A program made the position numbers and the translations under genes. A model generated the notes under the pieces. It did no database searches. It was given only the letters and a program-made list of their open reading frames with translations, and had not been told where the DNA came from. Source: a virus (taxonomy: Duplodnaviria; Heunggongvirae; Uroviricota; Caudoviricetes). Taken from it: a DNA stretch of 25,062 bases. The stretch lies in the IMG/VR virus record IMGVR_UViG_2703718822_000004; one strand, given 5' to 3'. Below are positions 1-9,019 of the stretch, piece by piece. The stretch's first letter is position 1; the number at the start of each line of letters is the position of its first letter.

Positions 1-177
1 CATCTGTGCCTGCAGCCAGTCTTCCGGTGTAATACGAAAATACGCCTCCGGCTCTGCGGAGATATTCACGCAGGGCTGGTACCGTTCGCCCTCCGGGGTG
101 CTTATCACGAAGCCGCACGACTCCGCTGGCGCACACCGCCGGGCATGCACCAGAATCGCTGATTCAGTCTGTGTCAT
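1..177 (-). CDS. K: Tail assembly protein K, N-terminal 59 codons only; gene runs off the window start
   Basis: Reverse-strand translation from ATG at 175-177 gives MTQTESAILVHARRCAPAESCGFVISTPEGERYQPCVNISAEPEAYFRITPEDWLQAQM, matching lambda gpK N-terminus as recalled; lies directly downstream of L as in lambda. Confidence 0.85.
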   Translation of the reverse strand, partial: MTQTESAILVHARRCAPAESCGFVISTPEGERYQPCVNISAEPEAYFRITPEDWLQAQM

Positions 178-187
178 AAACCGGGAT

Positions 188-886
188 TTACTGCGAAAGT
201 TTATTGATGGAAAGGAAACCGCCAAAATTGACCGCCATGCCGCGCATCTCACACCCGCGCATGCATTTACTGCATCTGTCCTTCCGGATATCCGTGGTAG
301 GGTTGTCGAACTCATCCGCCACTGCCGGACCGTTATACCCGCACTCATCGCCCCGGTAATCCCACATACAGGTGTTCGCCAGCATGATGCGACCGGGAAA
401 CAGCGCCCCGTCCGTCTCCGTCGGTGTCGCCAGCACAAACGAGGCCGTCATGGCCGTCAGCGCTGATAACTGCTCCACCACCCACCGGTCCGTCAGCTCC
501 TGCTCCGGGTCTGCCTCCGGATTCCCCGCCACAAAGTTCACCGCATCAAGAAAACGCGCATACACCCGGCGGCGGACCACCGTGGCACCCACCAGGCTCT
601 GCAAATCCTCCGCCATCCCGGTGACAAGGCCGAAAAGATTGGACACCGTCAGCGACGGGCGGGCACTGCTGCCCTTTCCGTTCATCTCAAAGCCGCTGCC
701 CTCAATCGGGTACGCCTGATATTCACGCCCCTGCCAGGTCACCGGCTCCCCTTTTTCATTCAGCTCATTGCAGAAAAAATACCGCTCACCGCCCTGCACC
801 GTCAGGTCGATTTCCCAGAGCACCACCCGCGGTGACTGCTCTGACTTAACCGACTCGTTCAGGCTTTCTTCGTGAATATCCTGCAT
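188..886 (-). CDS. L: Minor tail protein L
   Basis: ORF 188..928; the part from MQDIHEESLNE... aligns along its length with lambda gpL (MQDIRQETLNE...GNFGGFLSINKLSQ). Start set at ATG 884-886 because the upstream in-frame codons overlap a terminator hairpin. Confidence 0.9.
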   Translation of the reverse strand: MQDIHEESLNESVKSEQSPRVVLWEIDLTVQGGERYFFCNELNEKGEPVTWQGREYQAYPIEGSGFEMNGKGSSARPSLTVSNLFGLVTGMAEDLQSLVGATVVRRRVYARFLDAVNFVAGNPEADPEQELTDRWVVEQLSALTAMTASFVLATPTETDGALFPGRIMLANTCMWDYRGDECGYNGPAVADEFDNPTTDIRKDRCSKCMRGCEMRGMAVNFGGFLSINKLSQ

Positions 887-898
887 ATATCCGCCCAT

Positions 899-922
899 AA
901 AAAAGGGGCGCAGACGCGCCCC
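899..922 (-). terminator. Intrinsic terminator downstream of the porin moron, just upstream of L
   Basis: Perfect hairpin GGGGCGC-AGAC-GCGCCCC (905-922) followed on the minus strand by a run of six T (plus-strand A run 899-904). Confidence 0.5.
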
Positions 923-1095
923 GAACAATAAAAGTCCAATTTAAAATAAAACCAATAAAGGTAATAACAGAAAGTTAAATCAGCACATGCCAGATGGCAA
1001 TTGCTGATCGCAGTGACCAATGAAAACTGTGTTTTCATTGATACAGGCCGCCTGTAAGGGCAGACGGCCCGTATTTATTAACTTATCAGCAATAA

Positions 1096-2250
1096 TCAGA
1101 ACTGATAAGTCATACCCACAGCAACGATATTATCTGTCGCAACACCGGCTTTCCGGGTAAATTCACTTTCATCAATCAGGTTAATTTTATAATCAACATA
1201 GGTGGACATATTCTTGTTAAAGTAATAAGTCGCACCGACATCAATATATTTAACCAGATCCTGATCGCCATGGTTCACACCACCAACCATAACATCCTGT
1301 CCGCGGGACTGAAGGTAGGCAAGGGACGGGCGCAGACCAAAATCAAACTGATACTGAACAACGGCTTCGATATTCTGAGCTTTATCCGCAACACCTTGAT
1401 CACCAAAGGTCGTCATATTCTGGGTTTCAGAATACACTGCTGCCAGATACAGGTTATTGGCATCATATTTAAGACCAGTTCCCCAGAATTCAGCATGTTT
1501 ACCTTTTGCCACACTACCTGAGTCAACTGCTTTTTCTCCAACCTTTTTACCTGATGCAGGATCAAGAACATCTGCAGTACCATTCAACCCCTGAACCTGC
1601 TTATCAGTACGATCTGACTTGGTATACGCAGCGACAAAACCAAAACCATCAAACTCATAGCTGGCCGAGAAACCATACCCGTCGCCATTAGCCTTCTGAA
1701 GGTCATCACGCTCATTTTTGCCCTGATACTGCGCCGCAAAATTCAGACCATCAACCAGTCCGAAGAAGTCTGTATTACGGTAAGTCAGGACACCGGAAGT
1801 TCGGGCCGTCATAAAGTTATCGGTCTGCGTCCAGCCATCACCACCAAACTCAGGCAGTACGTCAGTATATGATCCGACATCGTAAGCAATACCATAGTTA
1901 CGTCCGTAATCAATGGTACCAACATCTGCAAATCTCAGACCTGCAAATGCCAGACGGGTTTTATTTCCCGCGGAACCTTCAGATTCCGTTTTATTACCAG
2001 AGAACTGGTATTCCCACTGACCAAATCCGGTCAGTTGATCATTAATCTGCGTTTCGCCTTTAAAGCCGAGACGAGCATAAGTCTGGTCTCCGTCATTACC
2101 TTTATCATCCGAGAAGTAATGCAGAGCGGTTGCACGCCCGTAAAGATCCAGTTTATTACCATCTTTATTATAAACTTCTGCTGCCTGCGCCCCCGCAGCA
2201 AACATCACTGCCACTGCTACAGCAGAAAGTGCCACTGTCATTTTTTTCAT
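1096..2250 (-). CDS. OmpC/OmpF-family general porin (phage-borne moron), with signal peptide
   Basis: 384 aa; signal peptide ...AAGAQA then [15 protein letters not shown]; conserved porin blocks [53 protein letters not shown] and C-terminus [20 protein letters not shown]...YQF, all close to E. coli OmpC as recalled; loop regions diverge. Confidence 0.9.
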   Translation of the reverse strand: MKKMTVALSAVAVAVMFAAGAQAAEVYNKDGNKLDLYGRATALHYFSDDKGNDGDQTYARLGFKGETQINDQLTGFGQWEYQFSGNKTESEGSAGNKTRLAFAGLRFADVGTIDYGRNYGIAYDVGSYTDVLPEFGGDGWTQTDNFMTARTSGVLTYRNTDFFGLVDGLNFAAQYQGKNERDDLQKANGDGYGFSASYEFDGFGFVAAYTKSDRTDKQVQGLNGTADVLDPASGKKVGEKAVDSGSVAKGKHAEFWGTGLKYDANNLYLAAVYSETQNMTTFGDQGVADKAQNIEAVVQYQFDFGLRPSLAYLQSRGQDVMVGGVNHGDQDLVKYIDVGATYYFNKNMSTYVDYKINLIDESEFTRKAGVATDNIVAVGMTYQF

Positions 2251-2448
2251 GATTTAATCCTTATTTAAACTGAACTATTCATGCATTCAGATGTCATGAA
2301 CAAAAATTAAAATATTTTAATACAAATTCTTAGTTCAATTTATATTATGTAACAAAATGTAAATGCAAGATCGATTTCGCACTTTCTGACAAGACAGATT
2401 AAAAATAATTAACAACTAAACACTAAAGAATGATTTATAGGATAATTC
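2251..2448 (-). promoter_or_regulatory. AT-rich upstream region of the porin gene with an OmpR-box-like motif
   Basis: Visibly AT-rich 200 bp between gpM stop and porin start; minus-strand motif TTTACATTTTGTTACATAAT (plus 2345-2364) resembles the OmpR-binding consensus of ompC/ompF promoters as recalled. Promoter hexamers not confidently placed. Confidence 0.35.
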
Positions 2449-2790
2449 TCATCTAACTACCTGCTCTATCGTGCAACTGAAATCACTGTACCGGGCGTTA
2501 TCCGTAATACTCCACTCCCGGCACACCACCCTGACCGTCCGGTTATGTTTCGGGGGCTTCCACAAAAAAGCCCGGTAACCACCATGCCATGACAGAAACG
2601 CGGACAGTGCCTCCCGCTCAGCATCCGTTGTCACCCGAAAAACCACCTGAAAGGTCTTCAGTTGCGCATTCAGTCCTGCCGGACGACGCTGCTGATAACC
2701 GTCGCCAAACTTCACCGTCATCACCGACGGTTTCTCCGTCACCTGCATCCCTTCCCGGGGACACCAGTGAAGAGTCTTAATCTCATCCAC
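2449..2790 (-). CDS. M: Minor tail protein M
   Basis: 113 aa; FGDGYQQRRPAGLNAQLKT...FLWKPP...EQVV pattern matches lambda gpM (FGDGYSQRAPAGLNANLKT...FLWTPP...EQVV); 8-nt overlap with tape measure stop. Confidence 0.85.
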   Translation of the reverse strand: MDEIKTLHWCPREGMQVTEKPSVMTVKFGDGYQQRRPAGLNAQLKTFQVVFRVTTDAEREALSAFLSWHGGYRAFLWKPPKHNRTVRVVCREWSITDNARYSDFSCTIEQVVR

Positions 2791-5700
2791 TCAGCATTCC
2801 TCCGTCACGACGCATGGATAACATCACCGCCTGTACCCGCTGGTCAATCAGTTGCACAAGGGTGCCCGCCGCTTCCGGCCCTATCTGCCCGTTAGCGCCG
2901 TCATTCTGAATGGCGATGTGGTACACCGGGGAATACACCAGACCCGCACTGCCGTTCATACTGCCCACCGCACGCACGCCGAGTGAACCATCCGCTGCCC
3001 GGGTCAGGGGCATGATGGCTTCAGGTCCGGCCTCCCCCATCAGCCCTGCCCCTTTTGCAAAGGCAAAGTACGTGGACGTGTCCACAATACTGTTACTGTA
3101 TGCACTCAGGTTTGCCGAGGTATAAACGCCGCCTTTTGCATTTGCCACCGCGCCACCCAGCCAGTTGCCTATACTGCCGAAAAATCCTCCTGCACCGGAC
3201 ATACTGTTTGCCGCCATCTTAATGCCGTTGACAATGGCCGCATTCATAAGAACTTTTGATATTTCCTGCAGGATTGATGCAGCCCAGCTGCGCCATTCCA
3301 CTTTATTTCCGTTCAGCATCTCCGTGATGTTATTCACCATCCCTGAGATACCGTCTGTCGCAAGCTGTGCTGCCTGTGAAGCGTAATCTGATGCGCTGTC
3401 CACCCAGTTACTTAGCCCTTCCTGCAGCCCTTTCTGCCAGTCAGCACGCTGCGCATCCGATTCGGCATAAAAAGCCTCCTGGTCTTTAAGGCGTTCACTC
3501 AGATACTGCGCATTCTGCGCCAGCGCCTGTCTGTAAAAATCCTCACTGATATCCCCTGTCTGATACTGAGACTGCAGGTCCGCATCCTTCTGGCGGTAGC
3601 CGTCACGAATCTGCTGCAGCTCCCGCATCCGTTCACGGACCCGCTCACCCTGCCCGTACCCCAGCAGCTCAGCGTCATTTGATGCCCTTGCGTCTGCATT
3701 ATCATTTTTCAGGGTCTCCTCCCGGGCCCGTAACTGCTCCCGGATTTTCTTCTGGTCAATCAGGGCAGCATTGCGCAGCAGCTCCTGCTTCTGTATCTCC
3801 GTCAGGGTTTTCAGCTCGCCCTGCGAGGTCTGGTATTTCAGTTTTGCCAGTTCTGTATTCTTCCCGGCCAGTGCCAGTTGTTCCTTCTGCTGCTTCAGCA
3901 GACGGGAAAAACTGTCTTCCGCTTTTTCCGCCCCTGATTTTCCGGCCCGGGATTTGGGTTTATTCGCCTCATTATTGCGCCAGGCTTCCATCGAATTACG
4001 GATGTAACGCTGCCTCGCCTCCTGATACGTATCCCCCACCAGACCAAGGTCATCCGCCGCATACCCCAGCCGGGCACGCTCTTTTTCTTCCCCTTTCAGC
4101 CGGGACAGGGCCAGTTGACGCTCTGTGTTATTCAGGGCGCTCTGCTGTTTATCATCCAGAGTGGCCTGTGGCAGTCGCAGCGGTACACTCGCCAGTCCCT
4201 GACGCTGTTGCAGCAGTTCATTACCCAGCCCCAGCAGGCGGTTGAATTCCGTATGCTGACCGTTCATGACCAGCAGTGACTGATACGCTTTATTCTGCTC
4301 TGCTGCCTGCTGACGAATTAACACAACACGGCGCTCTTCCAGTCCGGCAAGCACATCCTGAATGGACTGCGCTTTTTCCTGCATCTGTGCCAGACGGGAC
4401 TGCTCAACAGCAAACTGCTCTGTTGCCTGAGCAAGCTCTTCCGTTACAGTTTTCACCGATGTCAGATGGTTTATCATGAAGCCGTTACCGGTCGTCCAGC
4501 CCGGATTAGCCAGCACATACTGATACCCGGCGATTTTTTCCTGCAGGGATTTCACCCGGCTGGCCTGCTCATCAATCAGCCGGTTCTGCTCTGTCAGCGC
4601 CTCCCGTGTTCGCCCTTCATTATCTGAGGCTTCAGGCAGAGACATTGATGGCGTTTTATGCGCGATTTCATCAATCGTCAGTGCATACTGGCGCGCAGAC
4701 TCCCTGGCCTGCTCCTGATTCTGGTACAGCGTGTACCATGCGGCAGCTCCCAGCATCACCAGTCCGGGTACGCCTCCAACCAGTCCCAGCGCACCGCTCA
4801 TCAGACGTGAGCCCACCGCCGTTGTACTGTTCAGCGCATTCTGGGCGGCGGTTCTGGCAGCAATATTTCTGTTCAGGCGTTCCTGTGTGACCGCCAGACG
4901 GGCCTCTGCCGCAATCTGCATCTCAGTCCCGCGGGCTGCCGCCACAGCCTGCTGAGCCCGGTACACGGCTGCCCTTGCCCGCGCCGTGGCAATCTGCGTT
5001 CCCCTTAACTGGGCCTCAGCCAGTGCCACTTCATTACGTGCAGCGGTCACAAGTCCTGCCGTGGCAGACATCGCTCCGGAAGCCAGATTACCAAAGTACC
5101 GGGCCACCCCGACAGCAACCAGCACACCCGCAGCTGTTGCCACGGTATCAATATTTCCGGCCACACCGTTCAGTGCGCCGGAGAGCGTTTTCGTCGCTCC
5201 GCTGGCCTCATTCGCGCCGCCCACCCAGGCCATAAAGGCGTTTTCCACCTTCGTGATCCCGTCAGACACCGTTTCCGGCATGGCTGCATATTCATCACGC
5301 AATATCCCCAGCTGGCTGATTAACGCGGGAACGACTTTATCCGCCGTCAGTTGACCATCGTCCGCCATCGCCTTCAGATCCTTACGGGCCACGCCCATGC
5401 CTGCAGCCAGTGCGCGAATGATCCGGTCCCCACTTTCATTGACCGAATTAAATTCCTCGCCGCGCAACACCCCCTGTGCCAGCGCCTGGCTGAACTGGGT
5501 GATCACCGAACCCGCCTCTGCCGCACTGGCACCGGAAATTTTCAGCCCTGTCGAAATGGCCTCCGTCACCTTCAGCACATCATCAGCACTGTAACCATAT
5601 TCACGCATCGAGGCAGCCGAACGGGCAAACAGGGTCGCATTATCCGAAAATGCGGTGCCTGTCCGCTGGCTGATGTCCATCAGCACTTTCTGTGATAACG

Positions 5701-6025
5701 CAAATTCATCCGATGACTGCGACGCCTGTTTCAGACGGGCATTCACGGAGCTCCATTCATCTGCCAGCGAAATCAGGTGTCCGGTGGCAAAGGCACCGGC
5801 AAACGCACTGGTCATTCCGACAGCCGAAGCGCGGATTTCCGTCAACTGGCTGTTCAGCTCAGCCAGAGCCCGGCACTGCTCCCTGGCTGCCGCAGCAGCC
5901 TGACGTCCGCCATTCTGCAGGGTCCGGTAATATTCACTGCCCATACGGGACGCCCGCTGGATCTCCGACTGGAATGACTGTGAATTTGCCGAAATTTTGA
6001 TAATCAGTTCACGTAACGTCGCCAT
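2783..6025 (-). CDS. Tail length tape measure protein
   Basis: 1080-aa ORF between the G/T chaperone pair and M; long Ala/Gln-rich helical, coiled-coil-like middle; glycine-rich C-terminal region; position and size typical of siphovirus tape measure. Confidence 0.85.
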   Translation of the reverse strand: MATLRELIIKISANSQSFQSEIQRASRMGSEYYRTLQNGGRQAAAAAREQCRALAELNSQLTEIRASAVGMTSAFAGAFATGHLISLADEWSSVNARLKQASQSSDEFALSQKVLMDISQRTGTAFSDNATLFARSAASMREYGYSADDVLKVTEAISTGLKISGASAAEAGSVITQFSQALAQGVLRGEEFNSVNESGDRIIRALAAGMGVARKDLKAMADDGQLTADKVVPALISQLGILRDEYAAMPETVSDGITKVENAFMAWVGGANEASGATKTLSGALNGVAGNIDTVATAAGVLVAVGVARYFGNLASGAMSATAGLVTAARNEVALAEAQLRGTQIATARARAAVYRAQQAVAAARGTEMQIAAEARLAVTQERLNRNIAARTAAQNALNSTTAVGSRLMSGALGLVGGVPGLVMLGAAAWYTLYQNQEQARESARQYALTIDEIAHKTPSMSLPEASDNEGRTREALTEQNRLIDEQASRVKSLQEKIAGYQYVLANPGWTTGNGFMINHLTSVKTVTEELAQATEQFAVEQSRLAQMQEKAQSIQDVLAGLEERRVVLIRQQAAEQNKAYQSLLVMNGQHTEFNRLLGLGNELLQQRQGLASVPLRLPQATLDDKQQSALNNTERQLALSRLKGEEKERARLGYAADDLGLVGDTYQEARQRYIRNSMEAWRNNEANKPKSRAGKSGAEKAEDSFSRLLKQQKEQLALAGKNTELAKLKYQTSQGELKTLTEIQKQELLRNAALIDQKKIREQLRAREETLKNDNADARASNDAELLGYGQGERVRERMRELQQIRDGYRQKDADLQSQYQTGDISEDFYRQALAQNAQYLSERLKDQEAFYAESDAQRADWQKGLQEGLSNWVDSASDYASQAAQLATDGISGMVNNITEMLNGNKVEWRSWAASILQEISKVLMNAAIVNGIKMAANSMSGAGGFFGSIGNWLGGAVANAKGGVYTSANLSAYSNSIVDTSTYFAFAKGAGLMGEAGPEAIMPLTRAADGSLGVRAVGSMNGSAGLVYSPVYHIAIQNDGANGQIGPEAAGTLVQLIDQRVQAVMLSMRRDGGMLSG

Positions 6026-6072
6026 TCACCTTTCTCCTGGCGTAAAAAAACCGCCTCAGCGGTTCTCATCAT

Positions 6073-6752
6073 TCATGACTGTGCTGCAAGGCTCAGCGCG
6101 TCTTCCAGCGCCGCAAACGGATCCACCTCCGGCTTATCCTCATCCTCGCCCCAGCAGAGCATGGCGTCCTTCAGTGCAACATTCATCCCCTGTGCCCCGA
6201 AAACCGCTTTCACGATCTGTGCATTACGGATATCCCCGCGCTCATCACCCAGCGGGGATATCCTGTCGAACTCCATCCACATCATCGCCTCGCTCGCACT
6301 CAGGCTGTGCCGCAGTTCGGATAAGGTGCGCCCCAGACGGAGCGCAAGTCGCATCAGAAAGCGAATTTCCGGGCGGGCTACTTTTTTCTGACCGACTCTG
6401 CATCAGCGATCAGTTCCAGTGCCTGACGCAGCAAGCGGGCATGTACCGGACCATAGACGGCCAGCACCTGCTCACGGTCGTCCGGAGTGAACACCCGTTG
6501 CAGATCCGTATCACACAGGACATCGCAGAACAGCGTCACATCCGCTTCCAGGTTACGGCGGGTTTTCGCCACCACCGACAGAGTATCGTCATCCTCTCCA
6601 TCACCATTGAGCACGTCCTGCCACAGATACCAGGCCTCTGCCGAAGGCTCCCGCAGCACCACGCTGACATTACCCCATTCCGGCACCTTCACCGTTTTAT
6701 GACGAAACCCTGACAGTCTGGCCAGCGCCAGCGTTTTCAGATCCTTTTTCAT
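6073..6752 (-). CDS. Tail assembly chaperone G-T fusion made by -1 programmed frameshift at A_AAA_AAG (plus 6381-6387)
   Basis: T-frame ORF (6073..6354, extendable upstream to the slip site) lies in the -1 frame relative to G; canonical slippery heptamer A AAA AAG sits one codon before the G stop. Conserved position between major tail and tape measure genes. Confidence 0.7.
6378..6752 (-). CDS. Tail assembly chaperone G (zero-frame product)
   Basis: Start ATG 6750-6752 (MKKDLKTLALARL...) preceded by AAGGGGA; ends ...ESVRKK. The longer ORF-track start overlaps the major tail gene and lacks an RBS. Confidence 0.7.
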   Translation of the reverse strand: MKKDLKTLALARLSGFRHKTVKVPEWGNVSVVLREPSAEAWYLWQDVLNGDGEDDDTLSVVAKTRRNLEADVTLFCDVLCDTDLQRVFTPDDREQVLAVYGPVHARLLRQALELIADAESVRKK

Positions 6753-6766
6753 GATGACCCATCCCC

Positions 6767-7483
6767 TTATCCGGCGGCTGCGCTCACTGTCACGGTGCAT
6801 TCAACAGACGTCACACTCTGTGCTTTCTCTGCCGAATCGGTCACCACGCAGGTATATTTCCCCGCATCGGCGGACTGCGCACCTGGCTTACTGAAGGTGT
6901 CTGTCGTCTGCCCGTCAACCGGCTGACCATCCTTCTTCCAGGCGTATTTATACGGCGGCGTTCCCCCGTTGGCACTGACTGACATTGTCAGCAGCGCACC
7001 GGTATTCACGGTAAGTGTCTTATCCAGATTTTTCACAAACGCCAGCGGTACCACAAAGGACACCGGTTTGCCTTTCAGACGCAGTGAGAACGTTGCAGCC
7101 ACCACGCCGTTGGTACCGGATGACCAGGTGTGCTGGCGCACTTCCGCCAGGAATTTAAAGCCCTTACCGGACGGAAACAGCACCTTAAACGCATACAACG
7201 CGTCATTGTCATAGGCATCACGCAGGGCGTTCTGGGCCTGATTCAGATAAAAATTACCCGACATGGAAATCTCAGACGACGCCCCCAGACCGTTGATATT
7301 CTCCTGCTCTGTGGAGCAGAGCGTGGTCACATCAATATCCTGTTTCTGACCGGCGGTGAACTGGACTTCCTTGATGGTGCAGTCCAGGCGCAGATATTCC
7401 GCCTTATCCATAGTTTCAGCAGTCGCCGGGGCAGATGAAATCATCACCTGCGTCAGCTGTGAGCGTTCATACAAAGCAGACAT
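6767..7483 (-). CDS. Major tail protein with C-terminal Ig-like domain
   Basis: Start MSALYERSQ at ATG 7481-7483 preceded by AGGAGG; C-terminal ~80 aa (TLTVNTGALLTMSVSANGGTPPYKYAWKKDGQPV...YTCVVTD) looks like a bacterial Ig-like (Big_2) domain as found on lambda gpV; position immediately upstream of G/T. Confidence 0.8.
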   Translation of the reverse strand: MSALYERSQLTQVMISSAPATAETMDKAEYLRLDCTIKEVQFTAGQKQDIDVTTLCSTEQENINGLGASSEISMSGNFYLNQAQNALRDAYDNDALYAFKVLFPSGKGFKFLAEVRQHTWSSGTNGVVAATFSLRLKGKPVSFVVPLAFVKNLDKTLTVNTGALLTMSVSANGGTPPYKYAWKKDGQPVDGQTTDTFSKPGAQSADAGKYTCVVTDSAEKAQSVTSVECTVTVSAAAG

Positions 7484-7498
7484 TCTGCCTCCTGATAA

Positions 7499-7520
7499 TA
7501 AAAAACCCGCACGCGGCGGG
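7499..7520 (-). terminator. Candidate intrinsic terminator/attenuator upstream of major tail gene
   Basis: Stem CCCGC/GCGGG (7506-7510, 7516-7520) followed on the minus strand by a T run (plus A run 7499-7505). Confidence 0.35.
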
Positions 7521-7548
7521 GTATGGGTTTTGTAGAAAAAAGAAAAAG

Positions 7549-7893
7549 TCACACCGTGACCTGAAACTCCAGGGTTGCACGGTAACAGCGGTTTTCCGGA
7601 ATATAGTCCTGCATTTCACTGACGGATCCCGGGGCCAGCAGCATTATGGCTTCACGGGCGTCCTGACGTATCTGACGCGCCTGCGTCACAGTCCCGGCAT
7701 AAACGTCTATCTGCACCGCCACTGAGGACTCCGCCTGCCCGCCCATCACGTCCGCAGACACCGATGAAATCAGGCTGAAAACCACCCACGGAAGCGCTAC
7801 CGACGGCCTGCCATCCAGCAGGGGGACCACATACGGGTACACCTGCCCGCCGGCAAGATGCGCCAGATGAGGATACAAATCCGCCTCCGTCAT
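7549..7893 (-). CDS. Tail completion / tail terminator-like protein
   Basis: 114-aa ORF, 4-nt overlap with upstream gene, directly upstream of major tail gene; size and position typical of a tail terminator. Family assignment from position only. Confidence 0.55.
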   Translation of the reverse strand: MTEADLYPHLAHLAGGQVYPYVVPLLDGRPSVALPWVVFSLISSVSADVMGGQAESSVAVQIDVYAGTVTQARQIRQDAREAIMLLAPGSVSEMQDYIPENRCYRATLEFQVTV

Positions 7894-8336
7894 CGTCTCA
7901 GTACCTCATCAATGGCCCGGTTCATCCGAGCAATCGCCACCTGCGCTGCCTGTTCACTGCGCACATCAAACGCCGGGCGCACAAACGGGTGCGGTGGCAT
8001 ATTCACGGTCCCCATTTCCACAAACCGCCAGTAGAAAGCATTGCGCGGGTTATCCACCTTCATGGTGTTATCGCTGTTACCGGTGTCCGGATTAACACCA
8101 CGGATATGGACACCGGATTCCATCCCGCCATCGCGGGAGCGCCGGGAAAGGACCACCACATTGCGGCGCAGTTTTCCCCTGCGCACCGGTGCCCGTGACA
8201 CCACTTCTTCTTTCAGCACATTCGCACCCGCACGGGTTGCCTCACGCAGCACCCGGTTGTTTTCCGTACCACTCAGAAGCTGCAAATCGCGGCTGATGTC
8301 CTCCAGCCCCGAAAAATCCAGCAGGGTTTCGATCAT
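7890..8336 (-). CDS. HK97 gp10-like tail component
   Basis: 148-aa ORF in the head-tail joining cluster, translationally coupled to neighbours; family call is from memory of pattern and position. Confidence 0.55.
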   Translation of the reverse strand: MIETLLDFSGLEDISRDLQLLSGTENNRVLREATRAGANVLKEEVVSRAPVRRGKLRRNVVVLSRRSRDGGMESGVHIRGVNPDTGNSDNTMKVDNPRNAFYWRFVEMGTVNMPPHPFVRPAFDVRSEQAAQVAIARMNRAIDEVLRR

Positions 8337-8683
8337 TTTTCCCCTCCCAGCCGACAGAGAATTTCCAGACGTCCGCCGGTCGCATCCGGCACGGGCAGCC
8401 CGACAACGTTCAGGATCCGGTCACGCCATGGACCACTCAGCACATGAAGTCGTGACGCTGCCGTGATTTCCCGACCGGACTGACCGCGCACCCAGATGCG
8501 GATTTCCGCCTGCGCCATTTCCGCACCGGACTGCATCCGCTCCCGGCTGCTCCTGCCACGGATATCCGCATGAATTTTCCCGCATGACACCCATTCTTCC
8601 GTCATTTCTCCGGCAGCATTACGGGTTAACACCGGGTTCAGAACACTTATCATCTGTGTCAGACGACCTGCAGATATTGCCAT
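8333..8683 (-). CDS. Head closure / head-tail adaptor protein
   Basis: 116-aa ORF; position after the gp6-like connector; translationally coupled. Confidence 0.55.
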   Translation of the reverse strand: MAISAGRLTQMISVLNPVLTRNAAGEMTEEWVSCGKIHADIRGRSSRERMQSGAEMAQAEIRIWVRGQSGREITAASRLHVLSGPWRDRILNVVGLPVPDATGGRLEILCRLGGEK

Positions 8684-8692
8684 TCCCCCTCC

Positions 8693-9019
8693 TCATAACA
8701 CCGTCGGACAACGCAAATCGTAAATCAGCACGGAAACAGAAAACGGCAGCTCCCCCTGAAGCAGTTCTTCCCGCTCCGCAAGATCCGGATTCCGGTACAG
8801 CATCCCGGTCAGTCGCATGGCAGCCCCCTTCATCCGGGTTAATGCCTCGCCCGGGATCAGTTCACCGTCCTCACGAATCACCTTATCCCGGCTGCCCTGA
8901 ATGTAGGCCAGCAGCACGGCGGTAGCCTGACGAACCTTGTCCATCAGCATGTCATCATCCGCGTCATGGTCGACACGCAGATGTGCCTTGATCTCTTCCA
9001 GTGTCAGTAATGCCGTCAT
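8693..9019 (-). CDS. gp6-like head-tail connector protein
   Basis: 108 aa; N-terminal LTLEEIKAHLRVDHDADDDML resembles the gp6-like connector signature; 4-nt overlap with upstream gene. Confidence 0.6.
   Translation of the reverse strand: MTALLTLEEIKAHLRVDHDADDDMLMDKVRQATAVLLAYIQGSRDKVIREDGELIPGEALTRMKGAAMRLTGMLYRNPDLAEREELLQGELPFSVSVLIYDLRCPTVL

Noticed and set aside
98-719. Plus-strand ORFs 98..466, 372..719, 424..624
   Set aside because: Antisense to gpL and gpK, which have clear lambda homology; translations are low-complexity.
3679-4245. Plus-strand 188-aa ORF (and many similar plus-strand ORFs such as 4986..5354, 5997..6713, 9073..9771, 10659..11237, 11989..12882)
   Set aside because: They lie entirely antisense to well-supported minus-strand structural genes in GC-rich DNA, have Pro/Arg/Ser-rich low-complexity translations and no RBS; typical spurious antisense ORFs.
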